A stretch of DNA of 64,000 nucleotides from a virus. Its lineage: Duplodnaviria > Caudoviricetes. A model generated the notes under the pieces. It saw nothing but the letters and a program-made list of their open reading frames with translations. It searched no databases and had not been told where the DNA came from. Both the position numbers and the translations under genes were made by a program. This document shows positions 1-9,948 of this stretch, piece after piece (the first letter of the stretch is position 1; every line of letters starts with the position of its first letter). The stretch lies in the IMG/VR virus record IMGVR_UViG_3300032007_000054, positions 26,167 to 90,166 of that record, one strand, 5' to 3'.

Positions 1-333
1 ATATCTTTAAAAGATGGATATAGTTATGGCGATATTATTATTGCTAAATATATAGTGGAATATGAAACAAATACTGGTGGAGGAAATACTGCAACAATAA
101 AAGGTGATGACTCTATTCAGGATTATGTTCCTTCAGAACCAGATAAGATTACGTTTAATCTTTATGAAGGAAGTACTGATGTTACACCGACATCTTCTGA
201 TATAACACTTCAAACCAGATTGAAGTATTTTAATGATGATATAACGATTGAACCTATTCCAGTAACAAGAATTAAACATACAGTAGATGGACGATTAGAT
301 AATTATACGATTGCTTTTGGCCATCAATCATAA
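1..333 (+). CDS. 5'-truncated tail/baseplate-region protein
   Basis: Frame is open from base 1 to TAA at 331-333; lies directly upstream of Dit-like and Tal-like genes. Confidence 0.6.
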   Translation: MSLKDGYSYGDIIIAKYIVEYETNTGGGNTATIKGDDSIQDYVPSEPDKITFNLYEGSTDVTPTSSDITLQTRLKYFNDDITIEPIPVTRIKHTVDGRLDNYTIAFGHQS

Positions 334-364
334 TACTTTGGCATAAGAGAAGGAGCATTGAATT

Positions 365-793
365 ATGGAACGAACACAATTAACAGTCCAGTTCGGGACC
401 ATTAAGGATTATCCTGAAGCTACAATTAATTATGCCGGAGATGGCGAGAGCGGTGTAATTATAACATTTGAGTTTTTAGGAGCAACAACCGGTATTCGCA
501 TTAATAATACTACTCGTGGCGAATATATGATTTTAAATGATAGTAAGATTGAAGCTATTGTCGGATCTCCTATTGCTCAATATGATTTGATTCGTATCGA
601 TACTACTCGTGGGAGCAAGTCAGCAACACTTTCAAGAGGTGGAATAGTTTATAACATTTTGCATGCAGTTGATCTTTCTTCAAAATGGATTTATCTTCAG
701 ACCGGAGCTAATCATTTTACTTATACTGCAACATCTGGATTTGACTATATGTTAGTTAATCTTGAATGCCCAATTAAAGTTTTGGGGGTTTAA
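365..793 (+). CDS. Distal tail (Dit)-like protein, C-terminal half
   Basis: RBS AAGGAG; QFGTI..INYAGD..G..NNTTRGEYM..IDTTRGSKS..NILH..WIYLQTGANHFTYTA resembles the C-terminal half of siphovirus Dit; position before Tal-like gene. Confidence 0.6.
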   Translation: MERTQLTVQFGTIKDYPEATINYAGDGESGVIITFEFLGATTGIRINNTTRGEYMILNDSKIEAIVGSPIAQYDLIRIDTTRGSKSATLSRGGIVYNILHAVDLSSKWIYLQTGANHFTYTATSGFDYMLVNLECPIKVLGV

Positions 794-1882
794 ATGGCTA
801 ATGAGTTAAATCTTTATATCTATAACACCTCTTTTAATCTTATTGCAATTGTTGAACAATATGAAGCTTTAATCTGGACAGATCGTTATGATGAATGCGG
901 AGATTTTGAGCTTACAATTCCTTTCGAAGAGAAATGGGTCTCAATTTTACAAAAAGACTATTATTGTCATATCGATTACTCTGACAAATGGTGTATTATA
1001 GAAAAAATTGAAGAAACAAAAGATGAGGACAGCCCGCCGCGAATGATCGTGAGCGGGCGTTCTTTTGAATCTATTCTTGAACGTCGAATTGTTCCAGGAA
1101 AAGTTGAATTTGGTACAGAAACAACTTCCGGGTATAACGTAAATGTTCAAACAAGTATTCAGTCGCTTATAAACAGCCATATAATAAATCCTTCAGACGC
1201 AAACCGTAAAATAAATAATTTTATATTTCAATCTAGTACTGATACGAATGTTACAAGTAAGACTTTTCATGAATCTTACAATGGTAATAGTATTTTAGAT
1301 ATTGTTGAAGGTGTTTGTAAGGATAAACATATAGGTTTTAAAGTAATTTTAAACAGTTCTAATCAGTTTGTATTCAGTCTGTTTTGTGGTGTGGATCGAA
1401 CAATGAATCAAAGTACGAATTCCTATGTGATATTTTCAACGTATTTTGATAATTTGAAATCGAGTAACTATTTTAGTTCAAAAGAAGAATACCGAAATTT
1501 TATTTATGTTTCGAAGGACGAAAGCCAGTTCGTAACAACTTATAATACAAGTTCTACACCTACAGGATTGACTCGCCGTGAAGTTCAAATCGATGCTTCA
1601 GAATTGAATGACAATAAAAAAGATAATATGACAAATGCTCAAATTCAGGAAAAAGCAAAAAAGAAACTGAATGAAGAGTTTAAGATCAAAACTGGTATTG
1701 AAGGTGAGATTGTAACTGAAAAAATGTATAAATATCGTACACATTATAATGTCGGCGATCGAGTTCAATTTAAAGATATGTATGGAAATTCGGAAGCAGT
1801 TTATATTTCCGAAGTTGTGATTAGTTTTGATGAAAACGGTCTGACGATTCTCCCGACTTTCCAGGAAATCGATTGGACATAA
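794..1882 (+). CDS. Baseplate hub/Tal-like minor tail protein (ReqiPepy6 Gp37-like)
   Basis: IWTDRYDECGDFEL, GRSFESILERRIV, GLTRREVQIDA, YNVGDRVQ motifs; synteny after Dit. Confidence 0.75.
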   Translation: MANELNLYIYNTSFNLIAIVEQYEALIWTDRYDECGDFELTIPFEEKWVSILQKDYYCHIDYSDKWCIIEKIEETKDEDSPPRMIVSGRSFESILERRIVPGKVEFGTETTSGYNVNVQTSIQSLINSHIINPSDANRKINNFIFQSSTDTNVTSKTFHESYNGNSILDIVEGVCKDKHIGFKVILNSSNQFVFSLFCGVDRTMNQSTNSYVIFSTYFDNLKSSNYFSSKEEYRNFIYVSKDESQFVTTYNTSSTPTGLTRREVQIDASELNDNKKDNMTNAQIQEKAKKKLNEEFKIKTGIEGEIVTEKMYKYRTHYNVGDRVQFKDMYGNSEAVYISEVVISFDENGLTILPTFQEIDWT

Positions 1883-1892
1883 AGGAGGATAA

Positions 1893-2474
1893 ATGAGTGT
1901 AACTTATGGATTTTATGACTCATATAATGGAGACCGTGTTTATAATGCAGAACAGTTTTCAAGTTTTTATGATGGGCTGATCAACGATGGTGTCTATTAT
2001 TCAGTAGGTCAAAGGTTTCATGTTTCAATAAGCAGCGGTATGGATATTTTTGTTGATACCGGTCGTGCATGGTTTGATCATACCTGGACGTTTAATAATC
2101 AAAAACTTTTGCTTACAGTTTCAACTGCCGATACAGTTTATAACAGAATTGATGCTGTTGTAATCGAAGTGAATAAGACTTCTCGTGAGAATACAATCAA
2201 GATTATTCAGGGTACTCCGCAAGAAACTCCAGTACGTCCTACATTGACAAAAACAGATTATGTAAAACAGTATGCTCTTGCTTACATTACTGTTCAGGCA
2301 AATACTTCATCAATTGCACCTGAAAATATAGCAAATGTTGTTGGAGAAGTAGAAACACCAATGGTTAGTATGCTGAATATTTCCGGTCTTCCTCCGATGC
2401 AGTGGAGTACAACGGATATTGTGTCTGGGCAGACTCCACTTTATACAGGAACACTTTATTTGGTTTATGAATAA
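1893..2474 (+). CDS. Baseplate structural protein
   Basis: GFYDSYNGDRVYNAEQFS..DGLINDGV, GRAWFD..W, RIDAVVIEV motifs typical of the siphovirus gene after Tal; RBS AAGGAGG. Confidence 0.7.
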   Translation: MSVTYGFYDSYNGDRVYNAEQFSSFYDGLINDGVYYSVGQRFHVSISSGMDIFVDTGRAWFDHTWTFNNQKLLLTVSTADTVYNRIDAVVIEVNKTSRENTIKIIQGTPQETPVRPTLTKTDYVKQYALAYITVQANTSSIAPENIANVVGEVETPMVSMLNISGLPPMQWSTTDIVSGQTPLYTGTLYLVYE

Positions 2475-2483
2475 GAGGTAATT

Positions 2484-3365
2484 ATGCCAAGAGTACCTTA
2501 TGTTGGCGTAAATGATAAAGCCAAAAAAGTAAAAAAAATGTATATCGGTATTGATAATAAAGCAAGAAAAGTTTTAAAAGCATATGTCGGTGTAAACGGA
2601 GTTGCGCATATCTTTTTTACAGCTGACTGGTGGATTCCTTATGGATTAAAAGAAGAAAATTGTTTAGCTGCCTATCAGTTTTATCATGCTAAAGATCATG
2701 GTGCAGCTATTACAGATATTACAGGGCATGGACATAATATTTGGGATTATAGGTATTGTACATGGAACTATGACTCAGGATATTATATTACATCAGGTAC
2801 CGATTCATCTGGTCTGAAGGCTTCCAATAATTTCGGGACCAGTGTGGTGACTGCAGTATTTTGGTATACCGGACTTCCCATGGCATCTGATTCAACACTT
2901 GACGGCGGGAGATGGCTTAGTTGTCATGGAACTGGTCAGAACATGGCAGCAGGTCGTATTGGTGATATTTCTTATTCAAATAATGGTGAATGGAAAATTG
3001 ATAAAAGTATAAAGAATTATCCTGGTTTTTGCTTTTCGTATAAGCCATATGAATCATGGAATGATTCTGATGGATATCTAAGACTTTATCGAGGAAATTC
3101 TCAGCTTCCTTCTTCTGGGGTAGTAGCTTTTGATCGCAGTTATCCGCAAATATATGTTAATGGAAATGCCATTGGTGTTTCTTATTACAATAATGGAAAA
3201 GTTGAAACTATTAATAATATGCCGGCAACATCAAGTAACGGTAATGTAACCATTGGTGGCGGTACAAGGCCCAATACATATATCAGAGCTGCAGGATTTT
3301 TTAATTGCAGACTTACAGCCAGGCAGCATTCTGATCTTGCAAAAGCACTTGCAGAAGTTAAATAA
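2484..3365 (+). CDS. Putative receptor-binding/tail appendage protein (lectin-like C-terminus)
   Basis: N-terminal KKVKKMYIG repeat; aromatic/Gly/Asn-rich body paralogous to 14472-15164. Confidence 0.55.
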   Translation: MPRVPYVGVNDKAKKVKKMYIGIDNKARKVLKAYVGVNGVAHIFFTADWWIPYGLKEENCLAAYQFYHAKDHGAAITDITGHGHNIWDYRYCTWNYDSGYYITSGTDSSGLKASNNFGTSVVTAVFWYTGLPMASDSTLDGGRWLSCHGTGQNMAAGRIGDISYSNNGEWKIDKSIKNYPGFCFSYKPYESWNDSDGYLRLYRGNSQLPSSGVVAFDRSYPQIYVNGNAIGVSYYNNGKVETINNMPATSSNGNVTIGGGTRPNTYIRAAGFFNCRLTARQHSDLAKALAEVK

Positions 3366-3378
3366 AAGGAGATAAAAC

Positions 3379-3714
3379 ATGGGTTATAGTGTTTCCGACA
3401 ATAAAATCATGTTGACACGCGGAGACACCGCAAAAATCTCCGTAACAGTCAAATACAAATCAACTGGAGACGAATATACTCCGCAGGAAGGGGACCATAT
3501 TCGTTTTTCGTTTAAAAAGTATGTATCCGATAAAAATACGATTTTTGAAAAAGAAGTTCCTATCGACACTATGCTTTTAGTGATTGAACCAGAAGATACA
3601 AAGTCACTTCCTTTTGGCCCATATATATTCGATGGACAGTTGACATTTAAAAACGGTGATGTGGACACTTTTATTCAAAATGGAATTCTTGAGATCACAC
3701 ATGAGGTGAGCTGA
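3379..3714 (+). CDS. BppU-N-like baseplate protein
   Basis: IMLTRGDTA..GD.IRFSFKK..IEPEDTKSL.FG.Y.FD.QL..GDVDTFI pattern; RBS AAGGAG. Confidence 0.6.
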   Translation: MGYSVSDNKIMLTRGDTAKISVTVKYKSTGDEYTPQEGDHIRFSFKKYVSDKNTIFEKEVPIDTMLLVIEPEDTKSLPFGPYIFDGQLTFKNGDVDTFIQNGILEITHEVS

Positions 3715-3980
3715 TGGAAAAAGAATTAATCGGATATCTTTCTGGTGGATCGGAATTAATCGGGACACTTTCTGATGGAGGTTTGCTTTATGGAGAGCTT
3801 TCTATACCGGATCGTTTAGGCACTCCATACGAAGGACCGTGGGAAGTTGTTCCTGATTCAGTGTTTCAGCTTCTTCCGACAGCTGAATGTTATTGTGAGG
3901 ATGATATATTAGTTCATCCGATTCCTTATGCTGAAGTCAGCAATATCAGTGGTGGCTATACCGCAACTATTGGAGGATAA
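3714..3980 (+). CDS. Small virion protein
   Basis: YEGPWEVVP..IPYAEVSNISGGYTATIG; C-terminus matches that of 3984-4580. Confidence 0.6.
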   Translation: MEKELIGYLSGGSELIGTLSDGGLLYGELSIPDRLGTPYEGPWEVVPDSVFQLLPTAECYCEDDILVHPIPYAEVSNISGGYTATIGG

Positions 3981-3983
3981 TTT

Positions 3984-4580
3984 ATGTCACAGCACGATAC
4001 TACAAAGATAATTAACAAAGTAATTTATGATGGGGATGTCCTCATTGATCTAACCAATGATACCATTACCGCTACTGATGTTATTAATAACAAAACTTTC
4101 CATCTGGCGGATGGTACTACTGCAACTGGTACTTGCACTTATGATGCGGATACTTCAGATGCCACCGCAAGTGCAGCTGAGATCCTTGCTACGAAGACTG
4201 CTTATAAGAATGGCTCTAAGATTACAGGCACTATGCCGAATCGAGCCGGAACCAACATTACTGTTTCCGGTAAAGCCGGTACTAATATTCCTACAGGTTT
4301 TTATGATGGTTCTGGGAAAGCAGTCCTCGACAGTACTTCTGCGTCAAATCTCGTTGCGAACAACATTCGTAATGGTGTAACAATTCTTGGCGTTGAAGGT
4401 ACAATGTCACCGGAAGATGAACTGACGGTCGGCGCGATCACTGTGACACCTTCGACCATTCAGCAGATCATTACGGCTGCTTCAGAGAGTCTTGACTATA
4501 TTACTCAGGCTACTATTAATGCGATTCCTTATACAGAAACGCAGAATGCTGCCGGTGGATATACTGCAACGATCGCGTAA
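3984..4580 (+). CDS. Tail fibre-associated virion protein
   Basis: INKVIYDGDVLIDLTNDT module, Thr/Gly-rich, NIRNGVTILGVEGT. Confidence 0.65.
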   Translation: MSQHDTTKIINKVIYDGDVLIDLTNDTITATDVINNKTFHLADGTTATGTCTYDADTSDATASAAEILATKTAYKNGSKITGTMPNRAGTNITVSGKAGTNIPTGFYDGSGKAVLDSTSASNLVANNIRNGVTILGVEGTMSPEDELTVGAITVTPSTIQQIITAASESLDYITQATINAIPYTETQNAAGGYTATIA

Positions 4581-4584
4581 TATT

Positions 4585-4782
4585 ATGGCAAATGTGATCA
4601 ATAAAGTTGTTTACGGCGGTACAACTTTGATCGATCTTACCGCCGATACAGTGACTGCCGAAAAACTCTATAAAGGAGCTACAGCACACAAGAAAGACGG
4701 CACGAAAATTACAGGTACCGCTGAAGTCACTGTCAGCGGTACAAAGTTAATCATGCCCGAAGGGCTGATCACTGTACAATAG
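4585..4782 (+). CDS. Small tail fibre-associated protein
   Basis: ATG 4585, MANVINKVVYGGTTLIDLTADTV; paralog of 3984 and 11056. Confidence 0.65.
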   Translation: MANVINKVVYGGTTLIDLTADTVTAEKLYKGATAHKKDGTKITGTAEVTVSGTKLIMPEGLITVQ

Positions 4783-4790
4783 GAGGGCGT

Positions 4791-7700
4791 ATGGCCGACA
4801 TTACTCAAATTCAGGTCGGCTCTACGACCTATGATATTCGTGATGAAAAGCATGGCGCATATTATGTGAAAGGAACACAAACGGCTTCTACTGGTACTTG
4901 GACTGGTAATTTGCCGGATGTTTCTGAATTATACAACGGTTTGACAATCGACTATTGGCTTCCTTTCGCAGGTAGTGGAAATGCAACGCTGAATCTCACG
5001 CTGAAAAATGGTGTAACTACTGGTGCAGTAAATTGCTATTATTCTGGTACAAGTAGGCTTACAACTCATATTGGTGCTAACAACATTGTTCGTCTTACTT
5101 ATCAGACGATAACAATTTCAGGAACAGAATATACAGGATGGTGGGCAACAAAGGCATATCTTGATGGTAATGATAGGGCGTGTTATCTCTACTATCATGG
5201 TGCTTGGGTAGCAAACAGCGTTATTTATCGTTATCAATTGTTGTTCCAGATTGACGAAAATACATTGACTCCGTTAAATAATAATAATAATGTCACAGGT
5301 ACAACGAAGACAATGCTCACAAATGTTGAATTTGACCCATTCGGCGCAATTCTGTATTGGGAATCAACCTCGACAATTAATGCAGGCTCATCTATTAGTT
5401 CAACTACCCCAAAATATTCCGCTCCGCTTAATCTTCAGTACACGTTTAATTGTGGGACAGCATTGACGGCACATAAACCGTTTTATTTGAAAGTATCCAT
5501 GCAATCCAACGGAAAAGTAAAGATTGCAAGTACGACTCCGTGGACACAGGCTTTGCCAACAACCGCTGACGGGTATTATTACATCTATTTAGGACGAACA
5601 TATAGTACATATCAGTTAGGTATGACTCCTGACCATCCTGTTTATTTTCATGATGGAACAAAAATTGTTGAATTAAAGAATTTACCGCTTGCTTCGTCAA
5701 CTGTAAATGGGTATATGTCTGCTTCCGACAAAACGAAACTGGACGGATTAGATGCAGACGATTATGCTCCGGCTTCTCATACTCACGGTGCGTCTGATAT
5801 TACGTCAGGAACGCTTCCTGCAGCCCGTGGTGGTACTGGAAAGACTACTCTTGGAGATGCAGGTAATGCTATCATCAATGCATTAGGGGAAGGGACTTCA
5901 CAGGCAAATCGGAATGATTACATTGTTGCTCAATATGCAAATGGTGGAACAACAACGACAACTTACCATCGCAGAAAATTATCGAATATCTTTGCGGCGT
6001 TGAACTCATCTGACGTTACAACAGCCTTGGGATTTACACCATCTGCAAACGACCATACTCATGGCAATATCACTAATGCTGGTGCAATCACTTCAGACAC
6101 CGCTGTAGCCAGTGGGGATAAGATCGTTGTTACTGACAGCTCAGCTAGTTCAAAGCTTATTAGAACTGGAATTAGTTTTGATGGGTCTACAACTACAACT
6201 GCTTTGACACCAAAAGGTACATGGGAGTCATTTGCTAAGCTTGGTTCTCCTGCTTTTACTGGTACTCCAACTGCTCCTACCGCTGCAGATGGTACTAATT
6301 CAACTCAAATTGCTACGACAGCTTTTGTTCAGTCTGCTTTTAAAGCTAATGACGCAATGATATTTAAAGGCACGATAGGTTCTTCCGGTGCAACGGTTTC
6401 AACTCTTCCGGCAACACATTATAAGGGTTGGACTTATAAAGTCGCTACTAGTGGAACTTATGCTGGCCAGTCTTGTGAAATTGGTGACACAATCATTTGT
6501 GTTACTGATGGTACTTCAGCAAATGATGCGCATTGGACTGTTATTCAGGCTAATATTGATGGAGCTGTAACCGGTCCTGCCAGTGCAACCGATGCTCATG
6601 TTGTAACATTTAGTGGTACTTCTGGGAAGGTTATTAAGGATAGTGGATTTACGATTGGAAAATCGGTCCCGTCTGATGCTAAGTTTACTGATACAACTTA
6701 TAGTAATGGTGATGGTATTTCACTTTCAGGTACAACATTTTTAGCAGCGTTTCCGACCTCCGGTACTCCTGCGGCCTTGGGGACTGCAAACAACGGTACT
6801 TCCAATAATGTAGCAAGAGCCGACCATGTTCATGCAAAACCGACTTATGGAAACATCACGACCGCAGGTGCAATCACTTCAGACACCGCTGTAGCCAGTG
6901 GGGACAAGATTGTTGTTGCTGACAGCAGTGATTCGAGCAAACTTATTCGAACGGGAATATCATTCGATGGATCGACAACAAGCAAAGCACTGACACCAAA
7001 AGGTACATGGGAAACATTTGCCACACCATCTGGAACACCAAAATACATGGATATTGGTGGCGTAGCAGACTATCAAAGAACCGTTCTTGCTCTTTGTGAA
7101 TTATCAGAAAATGCAAATTCTGGAACAAGCAGTCATACGTCCGGGAGTATTGTTACTATTCGTTCAAATGGGCTTATGCCGGAATATGTAGCGAATTTTG
7201 TCTTTCAAGATAGATACAGCACTGCGAAAAGCTGTCATTATAGCTTTTTTGGTAACTTTGAAAATACGAGTACAGAATTACGGACTGGTGAAGGTTTTAG
7301 GGCTTGTACTTTTACTTATAACAACAAGTTTTATGGCGGTCTTGAATTTTATCAGGTACAGTCCAGAAGATTCTATTGGACTGGCGAAGGCACATTTACG
7401 CCGTTTATTGTTGCTTACTATAATCAGAACACATCTGCGGTACTAAATACAGAAGTTAACAATTCGATTTCGCACTCAACAACGACGGCAGTACGTTTGC
7501 CGCTTACCGTTGATGATTCCAAAAAAGTAAATGGGCTAACTGTTCAGACAGCTGTTCCGGCAAATGCTGTTTTCACAGACACTAAATACACCAATGGGAA
7601 CGGTATCAGCTTATCAGGGACAACGTTCTCAGTGGCGTTTCCGACCTCTGGCACTCCTGCGGCCTTGGGAACAGCGAGCAACGGTACTTCTAATAATGTA

Positions 7701-8144
7701 GCGAGAGCTGACCATGTTCATGCGAAACCGACTTATAGTAAATCAGACGTTGGACTTGGAAACGTAACAAATGACGCACAAATTGCAAAGTCAATCGGTA
7801 CGGCGAAAGGTGACATTATCTATTTTAGCGGAAATGGTGCTCCTGAACGGCTTGCTATCGGCTCGAACGGGCAGGTTCTGAAAGTTTCTTCGAGCGGTAT
7901 TCCGGTATGGTCAAGTGACACAGATACCGATACGAAGGTAACGAATACACTTGCAACAACGACAAAATATTATGTCACGGGTACGACAACCGCCACAACG
8001 AACACAGGAACGCAGAGCTTCGATTCTGGTATTTATGCTACAACAACAGCCGGACAATTAAATGCCGGATCATATAAAGTGAATGAGCAGGTCACACTTC
8101 AGTGGAACACAACTGATGAAAGTCTTGATTTTGTATTTGCATAA
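4791..8144 (+). CDS. Long tail fibre protein
   Basis: 1117 aa, Thr/Ser/Gly-rich; SPAFTGTPTAPT..TNSTQIATTAFV and ARADHVH fibre motifs; internal duplications. Confidence 0.85.
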   Translation: MADITQIQVGSTTYDIRDEKHGAYYVKGTQTASTGTWTGNLPDVSELYNGLTIDYWLPFAGSGNATLNLTLKNGVTTGAVNCYYSGTSRLTTHIGANNIVRLTYQTITISGTEYTGWWATKAYLDGNDRACYLYYHGAWVANSVIYRYQLLFQIDENTLTPLNNNNNVTGTTKTMLTNVEFDPFGAILYWESTSTINAGSSISSTTPKYSAPLNLQYTFNCGTALTAHKPFYLKVSMQSNGKVKIASTTPWTQALPTTADGYYYIYLGRTYSTYQLGMTPDHPVYFHDGTKIVELKNLPLASSTVNGYMSASDKTKLDGLDADDYAPASHTHGASDITSGTLPAARGGTGKTTLGDAGNAIINALGEGTSQANRNDYIVAQYANGGTTTTTYHRRKLSNIFAALNSSDVTTALGFTPSANDHTHGNITNAGAITSDTAVASGDKIVVTDSSASSKLIRTGISFDGSTTTTALTPKGTWESFAKLGSPAFTGTPTAPTAADGTNSTQIATTAFVQSAFKANDAMIFKGTIGSSGATVSTLPATHYKGWTYKVATSGTYAGQSCEIGDTIICVTDGTSANDAHWTVIQANIDGAVTGPASATDAHVVTFSGTSGKVIKDSGFTIGKSVPSDAKFTDTTYSNGDGISLSGTTFLAAFPTSGTPAALGTANNGTSNNVARADHVHAKPTYGNITTAGAITSDTAVASGDKIVVADSSDSSKLIRTGISFDGSTTSKALTPKGTWETFATPSGTPKYMDIGGVADYQRTVLALCELSENANSGTSSHTSGSIVTIRSNGLMPEYVANFVFQDRYSTAKSCHYSFFGNFENTSTELRTGEGFRACTFTYNNKFYGGLEFYQVQSRRFYWTGEGTFTPFIVAYYNQNTSAVLNTEVNNSISHSTTTAVRLPLTVDDSKKVNGLTVQTAVPANAVFTDTKYTNGNGISLSGTTFSVAFPTSGTPAALGTASNGTSNNVARADHVHAKPTYSKSDVGLGNVTNDAQIAKSIGTAKGDIIYFSGNGAPERLAIGSNGQVLKVSSSGIPVWSSDTDTDTKVTNTLATTTKYYVTGTTTATTNTGTQSFDSGIYATTTAGQLNAGSYKVNEQVTLQWNTTDESLDFVFA

Positions 8145-8156
8145 GGAGACTTCAAA

Positions 8157-9938
8157 ATGGCATTACAAATATGGCTTCCGCTTGATGGAACACTGGAAAA
8201 CAAAGGATGTTTGAACATAGGCACTACGAATACAAGTGCAGTGTTTACGGATTCAGGGAAAATCGGACAAGTTGCAGAAAGCGGAAGATTCACTATAACT
8301 TGCCCGAAGATTGCCAATATACTAAATAGCGTTTTCACAATTAGTTTCTGGGGGCAATTAAAGGCAATCCCAGAAGGAAGCAGTGAAAATGACACATATT
8401 TTTTCAAATGTGGTGTAAATGGTACTCGTACTTGCTTGCATTTTGCTGTGCGCCAAACAAGTGGAGCTTTAGCATTTTGTTTTTATTCAGACGACTATAC
8501 ATTTGTATCCAATTCTTCGAGTTATGTCGGAGTATGGCATCATTTCACTCTGATTTTTGATGGTGAATATCAGATTGTTTATGTAGATGGTAATCTGATT
8601 GGAAAACGAAAAACTGGTGGAAGTTTGCAGATTGCAGAAAATTCAAATTTTATTATCATCAATCCGATGTTTGCCGTAAATGACTTCAGACTTTACGACC
8701 ATTGCCTTTCCGTCGCCGAAGTAAAAGAACTTTCACAGGGGTTGATTCTGCACTACAAGCTTGATGAATCGTACCCTATGACGAACAAAAATTTGCTGAA
8801 AGATTTTCCGAAATATTATAGCAAAACAGGCTACAATGCTTATGTGCTTTATATGACAGAAAAGGTTGTTGAAGGGCAAACATACACATTACAGTTTTGG
8901 GATGTTGATGTTTCTCACACCGGAAAAACGGAATCTCAATTAGGTATCAGTGCTTTTTTAGGTGGAGGTAGTTGGACGCTAAAAACTTTAAATGGCACAG
9001 ATTATTTTACTAATGGTCACGCTGATCATATAGAATGTTCTTTTACAATAACAAGTGGACAGGCATCAAGTTCAGATGCATCTAAATTGGAACTGTGGAT
9101 TTGGAACTCTGTTCCACAAGTATCAGGGACTATGTCTATGTCCATTGGAAAGTGGAAGCTTGAAAAAGGGGACACAGCTACACCATACATCAACTGTGAA
9201 CTATCAGACAAAATTAATCCATTTGTTGTCACAGATTCTTCAGGTTATGGGCATCATGGTCAAATTGTAAATACGGTTTCTTATACAAATGACAGCCACA
9301 GATATTCCAGTTCTATTGATTTGGCAAATACTGTTTCGTCTTATATTACAGGTAGTTGTTATGCGTCTGACACAATAACATTTTCATTATTGGTGAAATT
9401 TAATACCATGAAAGATGCTCATGTAATTGACATGAGAACATCCACTGAAGGGTATCAACCGTTTTATACCTATACCAATGGAACAGTTCAATCTGGTGGT
9501 TCTAATTCGTATGTAAGTTTTAATTCTTCATTTCAGATTGATAGATGGTATCACGTAGTCTTTTCATATGATTCATCTGCATTGAAAATGTATGTCGATG
9601 GTGTTAATATTGGAAGTTCAGGAAAAGGAAGTGCATTTAACAAGGTACTCCCGTTTTATCTTGGAACAAGATTTAATCAGGCAAATTATTCAGATGTGTA
9701 TATTTCCGATTTCCGAATTTACTGCACTGCACTTTCCACCGAAGACATTCTGGATTTGTACCATACATCTGCAAAGATTGACAAGACTGGTAAGGTTCAT
9801 ACGTTCGAGTTTGTTGAAGATGAAGGTACGAAAATAACGAAGACTGGAATTACAGAATGGGTAGAGCTTATTGAAGAAACGGGAAACGCAAAATTCAACA
9901 GTCAATATATCTCAGCGAACGACTTTATAGAAAGATAA
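8157..9938 (+). CDS. Tail protein with two LamG/concanavalin-A-like domains
   Basis: LQIWLPLDG, WHHFTLIFDG..YVDG..NDFRLYDHCLS, and a second WYHVVFSYD..MYVDG..SDFRIYCTALS. Confidence 0.75.
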   Translation: MALQIWLPLDGTLENKGCLNIGTTNTSAVFTDSGKIGQVAESGRFTITCPKIANILNSVFTISFWGQLKAIPEGSSENDTYFFKCGVNGTRTCLHFAVRQTSGALAFCFYSDDYTFVSNSSSYVGVWHHFTLIFDGEYQIVYVDGNLIGKRKTGGSLQIAENSNFIIINPMFAVNDFRLYDHCLSVAEVKELSQGLILHYKLDESYPMTNKNLLKDFPKYYSKTGYNAYVLYMTEKVVEGQTYTLQFWDVDVSHTGKTESQLGISAFLGGGSWTLKTLNGTDYFTNGHADHIECSFTITSGQASSSDASKLELWIWNSVPQVSGTMSMSIGKWKLEKGDTATPYINCELSDKINPFVVTDSSGYGHHGQIVNTVSYTNDSHRYSSSIDLANTVSSYITGSCYASDTITFSLLVKFNTMKDAHVIDMRTSTEGYQPFYTYTNGTVQSGGSNSYVSFNSSFQIDRWYHVVFSYDSSALKMYVDGVNIGSSGKGSAFNKVLPFYLGTRFNQANYSDVYISDFRIYCTALSTEDILDLYHTSAKIDKTGKVHTFEFVEDEGTKITKTGITEWVELIEETGNAKFNSQYISANDFIER

Positions 9939-9948
9939 GAGGTGGCAT

